In this document: positions 33,976 to 43,282 of the stretch, piece by piece | Position numbering within the stretch: position 1 is the stretch's first letter | Layout of the letters: the number at the start of each line of letters is the position of its first letter | Assembly: GCA_025057315.1 (NCBI GenBank) | Contig: JANWXW010000048.1 | Span: forward strand, 93,140 to 157,139 | Source of the DNA: Myxococcota bacterium | GTDB lineage: Bacteria > Myxococcota_A > Polyangia > Palsa-1104 > JAEUJZ01 | DNA: 64,000 nt | Reading direction: 5' to 3' | Translations under genes and position numbers: made by a program | The notes under the pieces: generated by a model | Seen by the model: only the letters and a program-made list of their open reading frames with translations | Databases searched by the model: none | What the model was told of the DNA's origin: nothing

Positions 33976-35292
33976 ATGGAGTACCTTCGATCACACCAGC
34001 GCACGCCTGCGGTGCTGTCCGTTTTTCTCGCATGGATGAGTAGTTGTCTTCCCAGCACAGAGCGGGCTCCATCCCCTCCGGAAATCCAGGTTCCGGACCT
34101 GGCCATGCCGGACATGGAGGAGGAACAGCTCCTGCTGGGCGATGGGGGTGAGCTGTCTGCGTACCAGATCTTTACCCGACTGGTGCTGCCGCTTATTCAG
34201 CCTACCTGCCGTGGCTGTCACGGGGGCCGCCCAGGCGACCTGGGTCCGCCCTTTATGGCCTCGGCGCACCCTGACCGCTATGACCCCTACCCGACCATGC
34301 GCAACTGGCGCAACTTCACGCCCGACATCCCGGAGCAGAGCCTGCTGCTGACGCGTGGTCCCCACGAGGGGCCGGCCCTGGACCTGGACCAGACGGCGGC
34401 GGTGCTGCGCTGGCTGCGCCAGGAGAAGGTGGAGCGGGACCTGCTGATCCCCCCGCCGACGCGACCCCAGACCCGGCCGATGGTCCCCCGGGCTGACGGC
34501 AGCCTCAACATCATCCAGCTGTCACAAATCGACCGGAAGCTGGAAGGGGCCTTCATCCAGTTTACCGCGCAGGTGAGCGCGGCGATGCGGGTCATCAACC
34601 TCCGCGACCTGCGCATCGTCAACCGGCTGCCAGGTGCACTGCCAGACGACCAGCGGACGATCCGCATCGCACGGCCCATTGCCATTGTATGGAACGACGG
34701 TCGGGCCCGGCCCGATGTCGGCGACAGTCTCGGTCACATCGACCGCAACATCAAGCTCAATGAAGATGACCGGCCTCCCCCCCAGGGCGCAGGCGGGCCC
34801 GGAATCCTGCTAACACCGCTGCTGACGCTGCCGAACTACAACGCCGGCGATGCGCTGAGCTTTGCCTTCAACATTGTCACGGTCGTCGGTCAGGTGGCTG
34901 CGCCGGACACCTGCCGCCCGATGGGTTTGCAGGTCTTCGGCACGCAGGTCAAGGAGTTCCTTGGCAAGATGAACGCCTGCTCGCGGGCGGGCTGCCACGA
35001 CGCCACAGCACGCGTTGGTGGGCTGAACTTCGTTCCGCTGCGCGACCACACCGGCACAAACTATGACTCGCTCGCCGAGCTGTGCGAGCAGGTCAAGTAC
35101 TACCGGAAGAACCGGGTTCTGGAGGGGAACATGAATCCGATGCCGCCGCCGGGCAACACCCATCGCTTCCGCTGGGGTCCCTATGTGTACCAGGGCGTAA
35201 GCTACAACGGCTGCAGAGACAACGGCTTCCCAGACGGCTGCTTCAGCACCTACGTGAGCCGGCTGGAGGCGTGGGCCGCAGTCGATCCGTAG
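33976..35292 (+). CDS. Exported CXXCH-motif protein (putative heme-c binding; PSCyt-like), possible lipoprotein
   Basis: N-terminal hydrophobic leader ending ...LAWMSSC, a CRGCH motif about 80 aa in, and a second CSRAGCH (CX4CH). No TM segments otherwise. Confidence 0.6.
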   Translation: MEYLRSHQRTPAVLSVFLAWMSSCLPSTERAPSPPEIQVPDLAMPDMEEEQLLLGDGGELSAYQIFTRLVLPLIQPTCRGCHGGRPGDLGPPFMASAHPDRYDPYPTMRNWRNFTPDIPEQSLLLTRGPHEGPALDLDQTAAVLRWLRQEKVERDLLIPPPTRPQTRPMVPRADGSLNIIQLSQIDRKLEGAFIQFTAQVSAAMRVINLRDLRIVNRLPGALPDDQRTIRIARPIAIVWNDGRARPDVGDSLGHIDRNIKLNEDDRPPPQGAGGPGILLTPLLTLPNYNAGDALSFAFNIVTVVGQVAAPDTCRPMGLQVFGTQVKEFLGKMNACSRAGCHDATARVGGLNFVPLRDHTGTNYDSLAELCEQVKYYRKNRVLEGNMNPMPPPGNTHRFRWGPYVYQGVSYNGCRDNGFPDGCFSTYVSRLEAWAAVDP

Positions 35293-35307
35293 CGGGCTGA
35301 CAAGGGG

Positions 35308-36711
35308 GTGCAAATGGCTTCCGAACGCGGACGCGTGCCGCCAAGGAGAATGAGCATGCGCAGAGGAACCACCGCAACGCTATTCAGTCTCGGGCTGGCC
35401 GCTAGCCTACCAGGCTGTGGCGGCGTCCATCCCGAGCAGGACACGGACCGGTCCGTCGAGTTCCGACACCACGGGGTGGACAGTCCGCCGATTCTTCAGC
35501 TCCCGGACTGGCGCTACATCCCACCCGGCTCTGGAATCCGAACCTCCGCAGGAGCCGGGGGGCTCTCGGACCCAACGGTCAACTACAGCCTAGCGCTGCG
35601 CACCGCTGCCATCAAGCTGGTGGGTGAGCTGCCCACGCTCGACGAGATCAAGCAAATGGAGGCCGCTGCCTCGACAAGCCAAGCCCACCAGGTCTACGTC
35701 TCCCTGGTCCGCAAATACATCAACGACCGGCCCCGCTTTGCCCGCCAGATGGTGCAGTACTGGCGCGACACCCTGCGCATGGGTGGCAGCATCATGGGTT
35801 TTGTCTCCGACACAAACAACATGCGTGCTGTGGATCTGGAGACCGGTCCTCGCTTTGCCGCTCAGCTCACCGTAGAGGGCAGCGACATGCGTCGCCTCTT
35901 CACGCAAGACCGCAACACGTGCCCGACCTACGATGTAGCCACCGGCAACTTCACCCCTGCTCCCTGTGCAGCGCGCGATGGCAACGAGGGTCTGCAGGAG
36001 GGCGAGCACGTGGGCATCCTGACGCACCCGGCCTTCCTCGCTCACTATTACTCCAACTATGCATTCCGCCGCGTGCGTCTCATCCAAGAGCTGTTTGCCT
36101 GCCACAAGTTTCCGGCTGAGTTTACCGACAAGCCGGAGCGAGGCGATGGCTACCTCTACGTGAGCCCGTGGCCCAAATTCAGCATCACCAGCCAGGAGCG
36201 CCCACCGGTGTTCACCGAGCGTCGGCGCATTCGCGGGCCGGGCTTCACCCGCGTCGCCGACATGAGGGACTATGCCTGGGTGCGCTACGGATTCGACTGC
36301 GCGAGCTGCCACGCAACCATGAACCATCAGGCACCGCTGTTTATGAACTTTGATGGCATCGGCATCCTGCGCACCCGCTCCATGGTACAGACCCCGGTGG
36401 ACGACGCGCCGTTTGCCCAGATGGCTGACTACGTGCCGGCAGGCGAGAAGATGGCGTGGCGGTACCAGAAGGAGACGCCGACGATCAGGGCCTTTGGCCA
36501 GGCCATGGCCGAGGACCCGGAGGTAATCAAGTGCTTCATCATCCGCGCTTGGAACCGCGCCATGTCGCGCGCCGACGTGGTCAACGACCTGGCCATTGTG
36601 CCCGACGCGGTGGTCCGGGAGCTGACCGAGCAGTTCAGGACCTCTCTCAACTACAACCTGAAAGAGGCGCTGCTGCTCATCTACACCCACCCGACTTTCA
36701 TCCGCTTCTAG
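35308..36711 (+). CDS. Lipoprotein with a CXXCH motif (PSCyt/PSD-like exported protein)
   Basis: Lipobox LAASLPGC and a CASCH motif in DCASCHATMNHQAP. It starts 16 bp after the previous gene. Confidence 0.65.
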   Translation: MQMASERGRVPPRRMSMRRGTTATLFSLGLAASLPGCGGVHPEQDTDRSVEFRHHGVDSPPILQLPDWRYIPPGSGIRTSAGAGGLSDPTVNYSLALRTAAIKLVGELPTLDEIKQMEAAASTSQAHQVYVSLVRKYINDRPRFARQMVQYWRDTLRMGGSIMGFVSDTNNMRAVDLETGPRFAAQLTVEGSDMRRLFTQDRNTCPTYDVATGNFTPAPCAARDGNEGLQEGEHVGILTHPAFLAHYYSNYAFRRVRLIQELFACHKFPAEFTDKPERGDGYLYVSPWPKFSITSQERPPVFTERRRIRGPGFTRVADMRDYAWVRYGFDCASCHATMNHQAPLFMNFDGIGILRTRSMVQTPVDDAPFAQMADYVPAGEKMAWRYQKETPTIRAFGQAMAEDPEVIKCFIIRAWNRAMSRADVVNDLAIVPDAVVRELTEQFRTSLNYNLKEALLLIYTHPTFIRF

Positions 36712-36725
36712 GGAAGGAGACGGCT

Positions 36726-37526
36726 ATGAGAATCAACAAGCTCCTCCTGACCGGCGCCCTCAGTGGAATTATGGGCGCAGGATGTTTCCCCACCTACGTG
36801 CCGGGTGGGCCTGCCCCGGTAGAGCCAGAGTCCGATAAGGGACCAGCCACCTCCACACGGCCATCCACCGAACCTGTGGCCGTTCGTCCGCCAGATCCGG
36901 CCCGCGACTCTAGCATGTTCCTCGATCAGGGCGATGCCACCCGGCTCCTTGATCTCATCGCCCGCGAAGGCACGCCCGACCAGACCAGTCGTATGCACGC
37001 TTGCATGAAGATGCGCTATGATACGCTGGGTCGTGTGCTCGCCAGCCGCGGCGTGAACATGGGCCCGCTGCCAGTGCAGCAGAACACCACCTGCACTGGC
37101 TTTACCGGCAACGCCTCCATGTCCCAGCCGGCGCGCTTTCTCTACTGCGACAGCCGCGTGACCCTGGGCCTGCCGCAGTACCCGGCACGCATCGCCGAGT
37201 CCCCCTTCCAGACGGCGGCCAGCGCGGTCAAGATGCACGACCTGTTCCTGGCAGCCGCCAGTGAGGTCGTGGCTGCCTTTGGCCCTGGCACCAGTCCACC
37301 GGCCTGCCGCATCAATGGCCAGCCCGTGCGCCTGTTCGAGGCGAACCACAGCTGTAACCGGGACGGCGTCGCGTGCCTGCTCGGCTTCCCACCGGGAGAC
37401 GACCTGCTGAACCTGTGCAACCAGCTGGTGCTGGCCGCCGAGGCCTCTGGCGGCCGCGACGCCCCTACCTCAGGCAAGCAACTCGCCGTCGCGGCAATAT
37501 TGGCGGTGGCGCACATGTGTGAGTAA
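36726..37526 (+). CDS. Lipoprotein, hypothetical
   Basis: The ATG at 36726 is preceded by GGAAGGAGA. Lipobox-like IMGAGC; Cys-containing mature region. The longer track ORF (from 36456) overlaps the upstream gene and is rejected. Confidence 0.6.
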   Translation: MRINKLLLTGALSGIMGAGCFPTYVPGGPAPVEPESDKGPATSTRPSTEPVAVRPPDPARDSSMFLDQGDATRLLDLIAREGTPDQTSRMHACMKMRYDTLGRVLASRGVNMGPLPVQQNTTCTGFTGNASMSQPARFLYCDSRVTLGLPQYPARIAESPFQTAASAVKMHDLFLAAASEVVAAFGPGTSPPACRINGQPVRLFEANHSCNRDGVACLLGFPPGDDLLNLCNQLVLAAEASGGRDAPTSGKQLAVAAILAVAHMCE

Positions 37527-37556
37527 CGACAGGTCCTCAAGACTAAGGAGCATACC

Positions 37557-39329
37557 ATGGCAAGAGAGCGGCTTCACGGAGCGACCCGTCGGGACTTCAT
37601 CCGGGGCGCCTTCGCACTCGGAGCAGCCCTGGGCTGGGGCCCGACCCGCATCTTCGAGTTCCTCGATCGCGGCGGCGGCCTGGCCCATGGCATTGGCGAG
37701 AAGGCGCAGAACCTGCTCGTTATCTGCGGCTTCGCTGGTGCCGGCGGCTACTGGCACAACCTGTTCCCTCACCCGGATGCCCTGGTCGGCCAAAACGCCA
37801 CCGCGACGCAGGGCGAGCGCTACGCGCCCCGCATGCCGCTGCACTTCCTGCAGGATGCAGCCGGCGGCGGCGTGGCCACGAACATGGGCGGCGCCTTCCT
37901 CGGGCGCTTCCACGACTACTCCGGCAACGGTGGACGCCTGGCGGCAATGCCCGATGCCGGCGGCGGTCTGGGGGCCTGGGCCCCGGGCGAGCGCTTCAAG
38001 CGGCTGCGCGGAGCGGCCAACATGGGATTCCGCGGCTTCCAGAGCCAGAACGACACCTCCAGAGCCATCGACCGGCGCATCTACGGCTCGGATCGCATTC
38101 CCAGCAACCGCAGCGTCAGCCCGAACGACAACTTCGTGGTCTATGCGCGCGAGTCGCCGTTCCAAAAGTATGGTCTCAAAAAGGGCATTACCCAGATCGA
38201 GGGTGGGCCCATCCAGATCCATGCCAACGGCGCGCAGAACCACCGCATCCGGACCAACGGCAACTGGACCATCATGGCAGCGGCGGCTACCTGCCAGCAG
38301 GAAGTGCGGCCCGCGGTGCTCCAGGCACTGCTCGTCGGACAGTACTCGGGGACGGGGTATGCCAATGCACGCGAGTTTTATGGCAACCTCCCCGGCGCGC
38401 CGGAGCCGGCCGTGGTCAACAACGCAGCAGGCATGGTGAGCCTGTTCGCCAGCAATGCCGTCAAGGCTGGCGGTGCGCTGATCAACCCGCGCAACGCCGT
38501 GCTGTATGAGGCCTTCTACAAGGGCATGCTCGGCACCCAGAAGTCCGCCACGCTCCCCACCTACTTCCGCTCCTACCAGACCACCAAGCTGGGCTCACAC
38601 CTGGTCGGCGTGAACCTGGCCGACAAGCTGACTCCGACCGCTGCTGACCAGCGGCGCTATGGCCTGACCGGCAACTCGCCGGCCAAGTTCGCCGAGTTCC
38701 GCAACCGCCTGATCATCGCCGAGAAGGCCTTCAAGCTCGGCCTGTCCACCATGATCTGCATCGGCATGGAGCCGGATGACATCCACTCGCTCTATACCTC
38801 GAGTGGGCAAGGTGGCATCAACGCCGCTCAGGCCTCAGCCATCCTGGGCACGTTCCTGGACGCCTTCATGGAGGGCCTGACGGTGGACGAGGAGGGCAAG
38901 CGCGTTCCCGATCCGTTCCATCCGGAGCTTACCCTGGGGGACAACACGGTCATCTTGTTCGTCCAGGACAACCTGCGCAGCACCTTCGACAACCCTGGCT
39001 GGCCGGATGACTCGCTGCTGAACCAAAACCGCGCCTGGATCCTGAGCAACGGTTTCCTCCAGGTCGGTGCCTTCGGCGGCGAGCGGCCCCTGTCCGCCGG
39101 CGGCAGCAGCGAGGGCGGCTACTTCGATCCGGTCACCGGCGACCTGCTCACCGCGACCCAGGCGGCCAACGCCTTTGCCGGTGGCAACACCGCACGGGTG
39201 CGGGAGATCTACGGCGAGATGGCCATGGCTGCCACGCTCTACGCCGTCACCCGCGGCAACACGCGACGCGTGGCCGACTTCTATACCGGCCCGGACTACC
39301 CCGTGCTCCGGGTACCCCAGCTCCTGTAG
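37557..39329 (+). CDS. Tat-exported protein (twin-arginine signal), DUF1501/DUF1552-like candidate
   Basis: N-terminus MARERLHGATRRDFIRGAFALGAALG is a textbook Tat motif (TRRDFIR plus an h-region). 590 aa, Gly/Asn-rich, no TM. Confidence 0.7.
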   Translation: MARERLHGATRRDFIRGAFALGAALGWGPTRIFEFLDRGGGLAHGIGEKAQNLLVICGFAGAGGYWHNLFPHPDALVGQNATATQGERYAPRMPLHFLQDAAGGGVATNMGGAFLGRFHDYSGNGGRLAAMPDAGGGLGAWAPGERFKRLRGAANMGFRGFQSQNDTSRAIDRRIYGSDRIPSNRSVSPNDNFVVYARESPFQKYGLKKGITQIEGGPIQIHANGAQNHRIRTNGNWTIMAAAATCQQEVRPAVLQALLVGQYSGTGYANAREFYGNLPGAPEPAVVNNAAGMVSLFASNAVKAGGALINPRNAVLYEAFYKGMLGTQKSATLPTYFRSYQTTKLGSHLVGVNLADKLTPTAADQRRYGLTGNSPAKFAEFRNRLIIAEKAFKLGLSTMICIGMEPDDIHSLYTSSGQGGINAAQASAILGTFLDAFMEGLTVDEEGKRVPDPFHPELTLGDNTVILFVQDNLRSTFDNPGWPDDSLLNQNRAWILSNGFLQVGAFGGERPLSAGGSSEGGYFDPVTGDLLTATQAANAFAGGNTARVREIYGEMAMAATLYAVTRGNTRRVADFYTGPDYPVLRVPQLL

Positions 39330-40576
39330 CGCCGTCGACGCGCTGCGCCCCAGAGCATCAGCACAAGCCCAACTGCCCATCCCCTCCCTTCCTCCGCGAT
39401 CTGGCGGCCGACCGTGCAGCCGCACCCGGGTCCCATGTCCTCCGCGCGACCCATGTCGGGCCGCATCTCCACCTCGATGCCCAGCAGGGGAGCGCCCCGC
39501 TGCCACTCCTGCGGACATAGACGGGCCACGCTGCTGCCCTCGGGGCAAGCCAGCACACCGCGGGTCTCGGCAAACTGGAACAGGCTGCGGAAGCTCGCGC
39601 CCCCATCGGTGGACAGGGCGACCGCGGCATGGTCCGGAAAGTAGTTCCAGGAGCAGACGAACAGTCCCGATGGACGTACCGAGGCACATTGGGCGCGGCT
39701 AAGGCCCTCGACGCGACGCAGCGGCCCGCCCGCCTCCGACAGGTACAGTCCGCCCTCCGTAGGCACCAGGAGGCGGCCGCGCTCCCCATCCGCAACGACG
39801 CGATATACCCGTCGGTCCAATTCCAGCACCCTGGTGGTTTGTCCCGTGTCAGCATCGACACGCAGCAGCACGTGGTTTATGTCGTCGTGGCTGAGGACGT
39901 ACACCGTGCGCGGATGGACGGGGTCCACCCCTGCTGGCACCGTGCGCAGAAATGGCGGACGCGGCACGAGCGCCCGCGCCACAAAATGCATCGCGCCGTC
40001 GGTCGAGACGTACAGCATGGGCTCCGGAGCCGCCCCTGCTTCCACCCGCAGCGCGGTCAGCAAGAGGCGCTGCCCATCTGGCGACACGACCAGGCCGGGC
40101 TGGGCGTGGGCCTGGGCCCGAAACCGCTCCTGAAAGGACCGCCCTCCATCCTCGCTGCGCCACAGCACCGGTTGTCCATGTTCAACGGTGACAGCCCATA
40201 CTCGCAACGGCGCCTGCGGATCCGGCACCAGGGCAATCAGGTCGCGCCGGGACAGCTCGCTGGCGGTTGGCTCCCAGCTGCATCCACCATCGCGGGAGAT
40301 GGAAAAGCCCACCAGGTCGGTGGCATACAGGGTCCCATCCCCCCCCAGGGATACCTGTCGCAGCCGGTAGCTGTTGATGGCCTCATCGCAAATCCAGTGC
40401 CATGGGCCGGCCCCCTCTCCCTGGCTGACGAAGATGCCCCAATAGTCGGTGGGCAGATAAAGCGCCCCCTGCCGCCACAGGATCTCCCTGGACAGAGGCA
40501 AGCCACCGTGCCCCCGCGCAGGGTCCACGGCGAGCAGAACGGCAAGAAGACTCAGAGGCAAGAGGAGGCGTCGCAT
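39296..40576 (-). CDS. BNR/Asp-box repeat (sialidase-like beta-propeller) protein with a MYXO-CTERM-type C-terminal sorting tail
   Basis: Signal peptide MRRLLLPLSLLAVLLAV. Asp-boxes SRDGGCSW, SEDGGRSF and STDGGASF. The C-terminus GCGCTVG...AVGLVLMLWGAARRRRYR follows the Cys-rich / hydrophobic / Arg-rich pattern. Confidence 0.75.
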   Translation of the reverse strand: MRRLLLPLSLLAVLLAVDPARGHGGLPLSREILWRQGALYLPTDYWGIFVSQGEGAGPWHWICDEAINSYRLRQVSLGGDGTLYATDLVGFSISRDGGCSWEPTASELSRRDLIALVPDPQAPLRVWAVTVEHGQPVLWRSEDGGRSFQERFRAQAHAQPGLVVSPDGQRLLLTALRVEAGAAPEPMLYVSTDGAMHFVARALVPRPPFLRTVPAGVDPVHPRTVYVLSHDDINHVLLRVDADTGQTTRVLELDRRVYRVVADGERGRLLVPTEGGLYLSEAGGPLRRVEGLSRAQCASVRPSGLFVCSWNYFPDHAAVALSTDGGASFRSLFQFAETRGVLACPEGSSVARLCPQEWQRGAPLLGIEVEMRPDMGRAEDMGPGCGCTVGRQIAEEGRGWAVGLVLMLWGAARRRRYRSWGTRSTG

Positions 40577-40670
40577 CCATCAGGCCCACAGCGGCTTGGC
40601 ATACGAAGCTCAACAAACCATGACTGCCCTGTGCAACGCAACGCCCAGGGTGCCTGTCCTCACAGAGGAC

Positions 40671-41630
40671 TCAGGTAGGGGGGTCTTCCACCTGGCCCTC
40701 CAGGCGCCGTCCCAGTTCCTCGATGGCCTCGAAGCCAAACTCAGGTACAAACAGGTAGGGTAGGTGGATCTGCCGCAACGGCAGTGCCGCCTCCAGGCGT
40801 CGCAGGTGCTGCTCGTTCAGCGCCGCGCGCTGCCTCAGAAGCCGCGCCGACTGAACAAGCGGCTCCAGTGGGCCCAGGTCGGATGCGCGCTCCAGTGCAT
40901 CCAGCGCCAGGGCCGACACACCCGCGCCAAAACGCGGCGGATAGAGTCGGTTTACCACCACCGGCCCCACGGGGAAGCCATGGTTCCGTAGCAGCCCATA
41001 GAGCTGGATGGTCTCGGTGACGGGCAGGTCCTCGGCCAGCGTCACCGGAAACATCTGGCAGCGTGCCGGGTCGGTGAGCAACTCGTGGCAGGCGCGCGCT
41101 GGGCCGGTCAGGGGACCCTCGGGCACGGTGTCCAGAATGACCTCGGGGATGCGCAGCAGGGTCACGCTGTGACCCGTGGCCGGCGCGTCCATGATCACCA
41201 GGTCAAAGCGTGGTCGCCCACCTATCTCCTCGGTGGTATGGTACCAAACCTTGCCCAGCATGGAGTAGTCGAGCAGCCCCGGGATGGCGCGCAGGAATGC
41301 GCGCACGATGTCGCGCTCGAAGACCTGCCTGTAGATGAAGGCCGAGCGCAGCACCATGATGCCATACTCGCGCAGCGCGGCCTCGGGGGTCATGTTCACC
41401 GCCCACAGGTTGTCTAGCACGGGCTGGATCTCCTGGAAGGACCGCCGGACGCCAAAGAGCTGGCCCAGGCGATCTTTGGACTTGGTCTGCGCCAGCAACA
41501 CGCGCCTTCCGCTCCGTGCCGCCAGCAGCGCCAGGGCACACGAAACCACCGTCCGACCCACCCCTCCCTTGCCGACGACCACAATGAGACGGCGGGTGAG
41601 CAGGCTGGGGGGGGGCCTGTGGCTTTGCAC
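40671..41630 (-). CDS. ArsA/GET3-family P-loop ATPase-like protein
   Basis: Deviant Walker A VVVGKGGVGRTVVS. The start is uncertain. The ATG at 41660 would collide head-on with the kamD-like ATG at 41659, so a GTG at 41630 is preferred. Confidence 0.65.
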   Translation of the reverse strand: MQSHRPPPSLLTRRLIVVVGKGGVGRTVVSCALALLAARSGRRVLLAQTKSKDRLGQLFGVRRSFQEIQPVLDNLWAVNMTPEAALREYGIMVLRSAFIYRQVFERDIVRAFLRAIPGLLDYSMLGKVWYHTTEEIGGRPRFDLVIMDAPATGHSVTLLRIPEVILDTVPEGPLTGPARACHELLTDPARCQMFPVTLAEDLPVTETIQLYGLLRNHGFPVGPVVVNRLYPPRFGAGVSALALDALERASDLGPLEPLVQSARLLRQRAALNEQHLRRLEAALPLRQIHLPYLFVPEFGFEAIEELGRRLEGQVEDPPT

Positions 41631-41658
41631 GCAGCCCAGGGTAGCATACTCTGGCACC

Positions 41659-43269
41659 ATGCAGCCTCTGCCGATCGATCCCGACATCGTGGCCGAGTGC
41701 CGCGCGCTGGCCGGTGCCATTGCGGACTCGGTGCAGCGATTCATCGTGGACCATACCACGGTCTCTATCGAGCGCACCGTGCTCCGTGCCTATGGCATAG
41801 AGGGTGTCAATCCAGACGGCGTGCCGCTCGTCAACACCTGCGTGGATCGCTATCACGAGCGTGGCCTGCTGGGCTGGGGCATCGCTTTCTTTCTCGGCTG
41901 GGCCCTGGTGCGTGGAGCGCGCACGCCGCAGGAGGCCGCCGAGGAACTGGCCTATGGAGAGGCGCCGGGCCTGGATCTCGGGGGGGACTTCCGTCCGGGG
42001 GCGGAGCTGGTCGCCCAGGTGCGTCGGGCTCTTGCGCAACCCACCGCGGAGGCCCTCGCGCGCATCGACAGTGCCCGTGCGGCACGTCAGGCAGCGCGGG
42101 AACGGCTCGGCATGGGCCCGGACCGGGACCGTCCGCGCGATGGCGTGCTGCTGCCGCCGGGGCCGCCGCTCAAGTACGTCATCGTCGCCACCGGCAACAT
42201 CTATGACGATGCGGATCAGGCACGCGCGGCGGCCGAGGCCGGTGCCGACATCGTGGCCGTCATCCGCTCCACGGCGCAATCGCTCCTCGACTATGTGCCC
42301 TATGGGGCCACCACCGAGGGCTACGGCGGCACCTGGGCAACCCAGGAAAACTTCCGCATTGTCCGCGCTGCGCTCGACGAGACGCAGGAACGGCTAGGTC
42401 GCTACCTGATGCAGGTCAATTACTCTTCGGGGCTGTGCATGCCCGAGATTGCCTACCTGGGCGCTGTCGAGCGGCTCGACATGCTGCTCAACGATGCCAT
42501 GTATGGCATCCTGTTCCGCGACATCAACCCACGGCGCACGCTGTGCGACCAGTACTTCTCTCGCCGCATCATCGCCCGCGCCGGCATGATCATCAACACC
42601 GGGGAGGACAACTACCTGACGACGGCCGATGCGGTGGAGGCGGCGCACACCGTGCTAGCCTCGCAGTTTATCAACGAGGCCTTCGCCTTGCGCGCCGGGC
42701 TCCGCGAGGAGCAAATGGGCCTAGGCCACGCCTTTGAGATCGACAAAGCGCTGCCAGATTCTCTGCTCCTGGAAATTGCCCAGGCGCAGCTGGTGCGACA
42801 GGTGTTCCCACGCCATCCCATCAAGTGGATGCCGGCCACCAAGCATAAGTCCGGGGACATCTTCTGGTCGCACCGGGTAGATGGTTTGTTTGACCTGGTG
42901 GGGGTGATGACTGGGCAGAGCATCGAGCTGCTGGGCATGATGACCGAGTCGATCCACACGCCGTTTTTGCAGGACCGCTACTGCGCGCTCAAGGGCGCTG
43001 CATACACCTTTACGGCCGCGCACCACCTGGGCGACGAGATCCAATGGAACCCAGAGGGGCGCATTGTGCGCCGCGCACGCCAAGTGCTCACCCAGGCGCG
43101 CGATCTGCTCGCCGAGGTCGCAGCGGAGGGTCTGTTTTCGGCCATCGCCCGGGGCGTGTTCGCTGATGTGAAGCGCGCTGAAACGGGCGGCCGGGGCCTG
43201 GCCGGCGTGGTGCGGCGGGCGCCTGGCTATCTGAACCCCCTACTGGAGGCGCTGGAAGCTCCATGCTAA
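41659..43269 (+). CDS. Lysine 5,6-aminomutase alpha subunit (KamD)-like TIM-barrel protein
   Basis: Long collinear similarity to KamD as recalled (HTTVSIERTVLRAYGIEGV..., LKYVIVATGNIYDDADQARAAAEAGADIVAVIRSTAQSLLDYVPYGATTEGYGGTWATQENFR, NTGEDNYLTTADAVEAAHTVLASQFINEAFAL, MGLGHAFEID). Trimmed to the ATG at 41659, which gives an N-terminal length matching KamD. Confidence 0.75.
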   Translation: MQPLPIDPDIVAECRALAGAIADSVQRFIVDHTTVSIERTVLRAYGIEGVNPDGVPLVNTCVDRYHERGLLGWGIAFFLGWALVRGARTPQEAAEELAYGEAPGLDLGGDFRPGAELVAQVRRALAQPTAEALARIDSARAARQAARERLGMGPDRDRPRDGVLLPPGPPLKYVIVATGNIYDDADQARAAAEAGADIVAVIRSTAQSLLDYVPYGATTEGYGGTWATQENFRIVRAALDETQERLGRYLMQVNYSSGLCMPEIAYLGAVERLDMLLNDAMYGILFRDINPRRTLCDQYFSRRIIARAGMIINTGEDNYLTTADAVEAAHTVLASQFINEAFALRAGLREEQMGLGHAFEIDKALPDSLLLEIAQAQLVRQVFPRHPIKWMPATKHKSGDIFWSHRVDGLFDLVGVMTGQSIELLGMMTESIHTPFLQDRYCALKGAAYTFTAAHHLGDEIQWNPEGRIVRRARQVLTQARDLLAEVAAEGLFSAIARGVFADVKRAETGGRGLAGVVRRAPGYLNPLLEALEAPC

Positions 43270-43282
43270 AAGAGCAAGACTG

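Noticed and set aside
35590-36690. 366-aa minus-strand ORF over the CXXCH lipoprotein gene
   Set aside because: It is antisense. The plus-strand gene has a lipobox, a CXXCH motif and operon context.
36456-36725. 5' extension of the lipoprotein ORF (track start 36456)
   Set aside because: It overlaps the upstream gene in another frame. The ATG at 36726 has a strong GGAGA ribosome-binding site and begins the signal peptide.
41660-41777. ATG start at 41660 or 41777 for the ArsA-like gene
   Set aside because: It would overlap the divergent kamD-like start codon, and the KamD N-terminal alignment supports 41659 for that gene. A downstream GTG is preferred, but this is unresolved.
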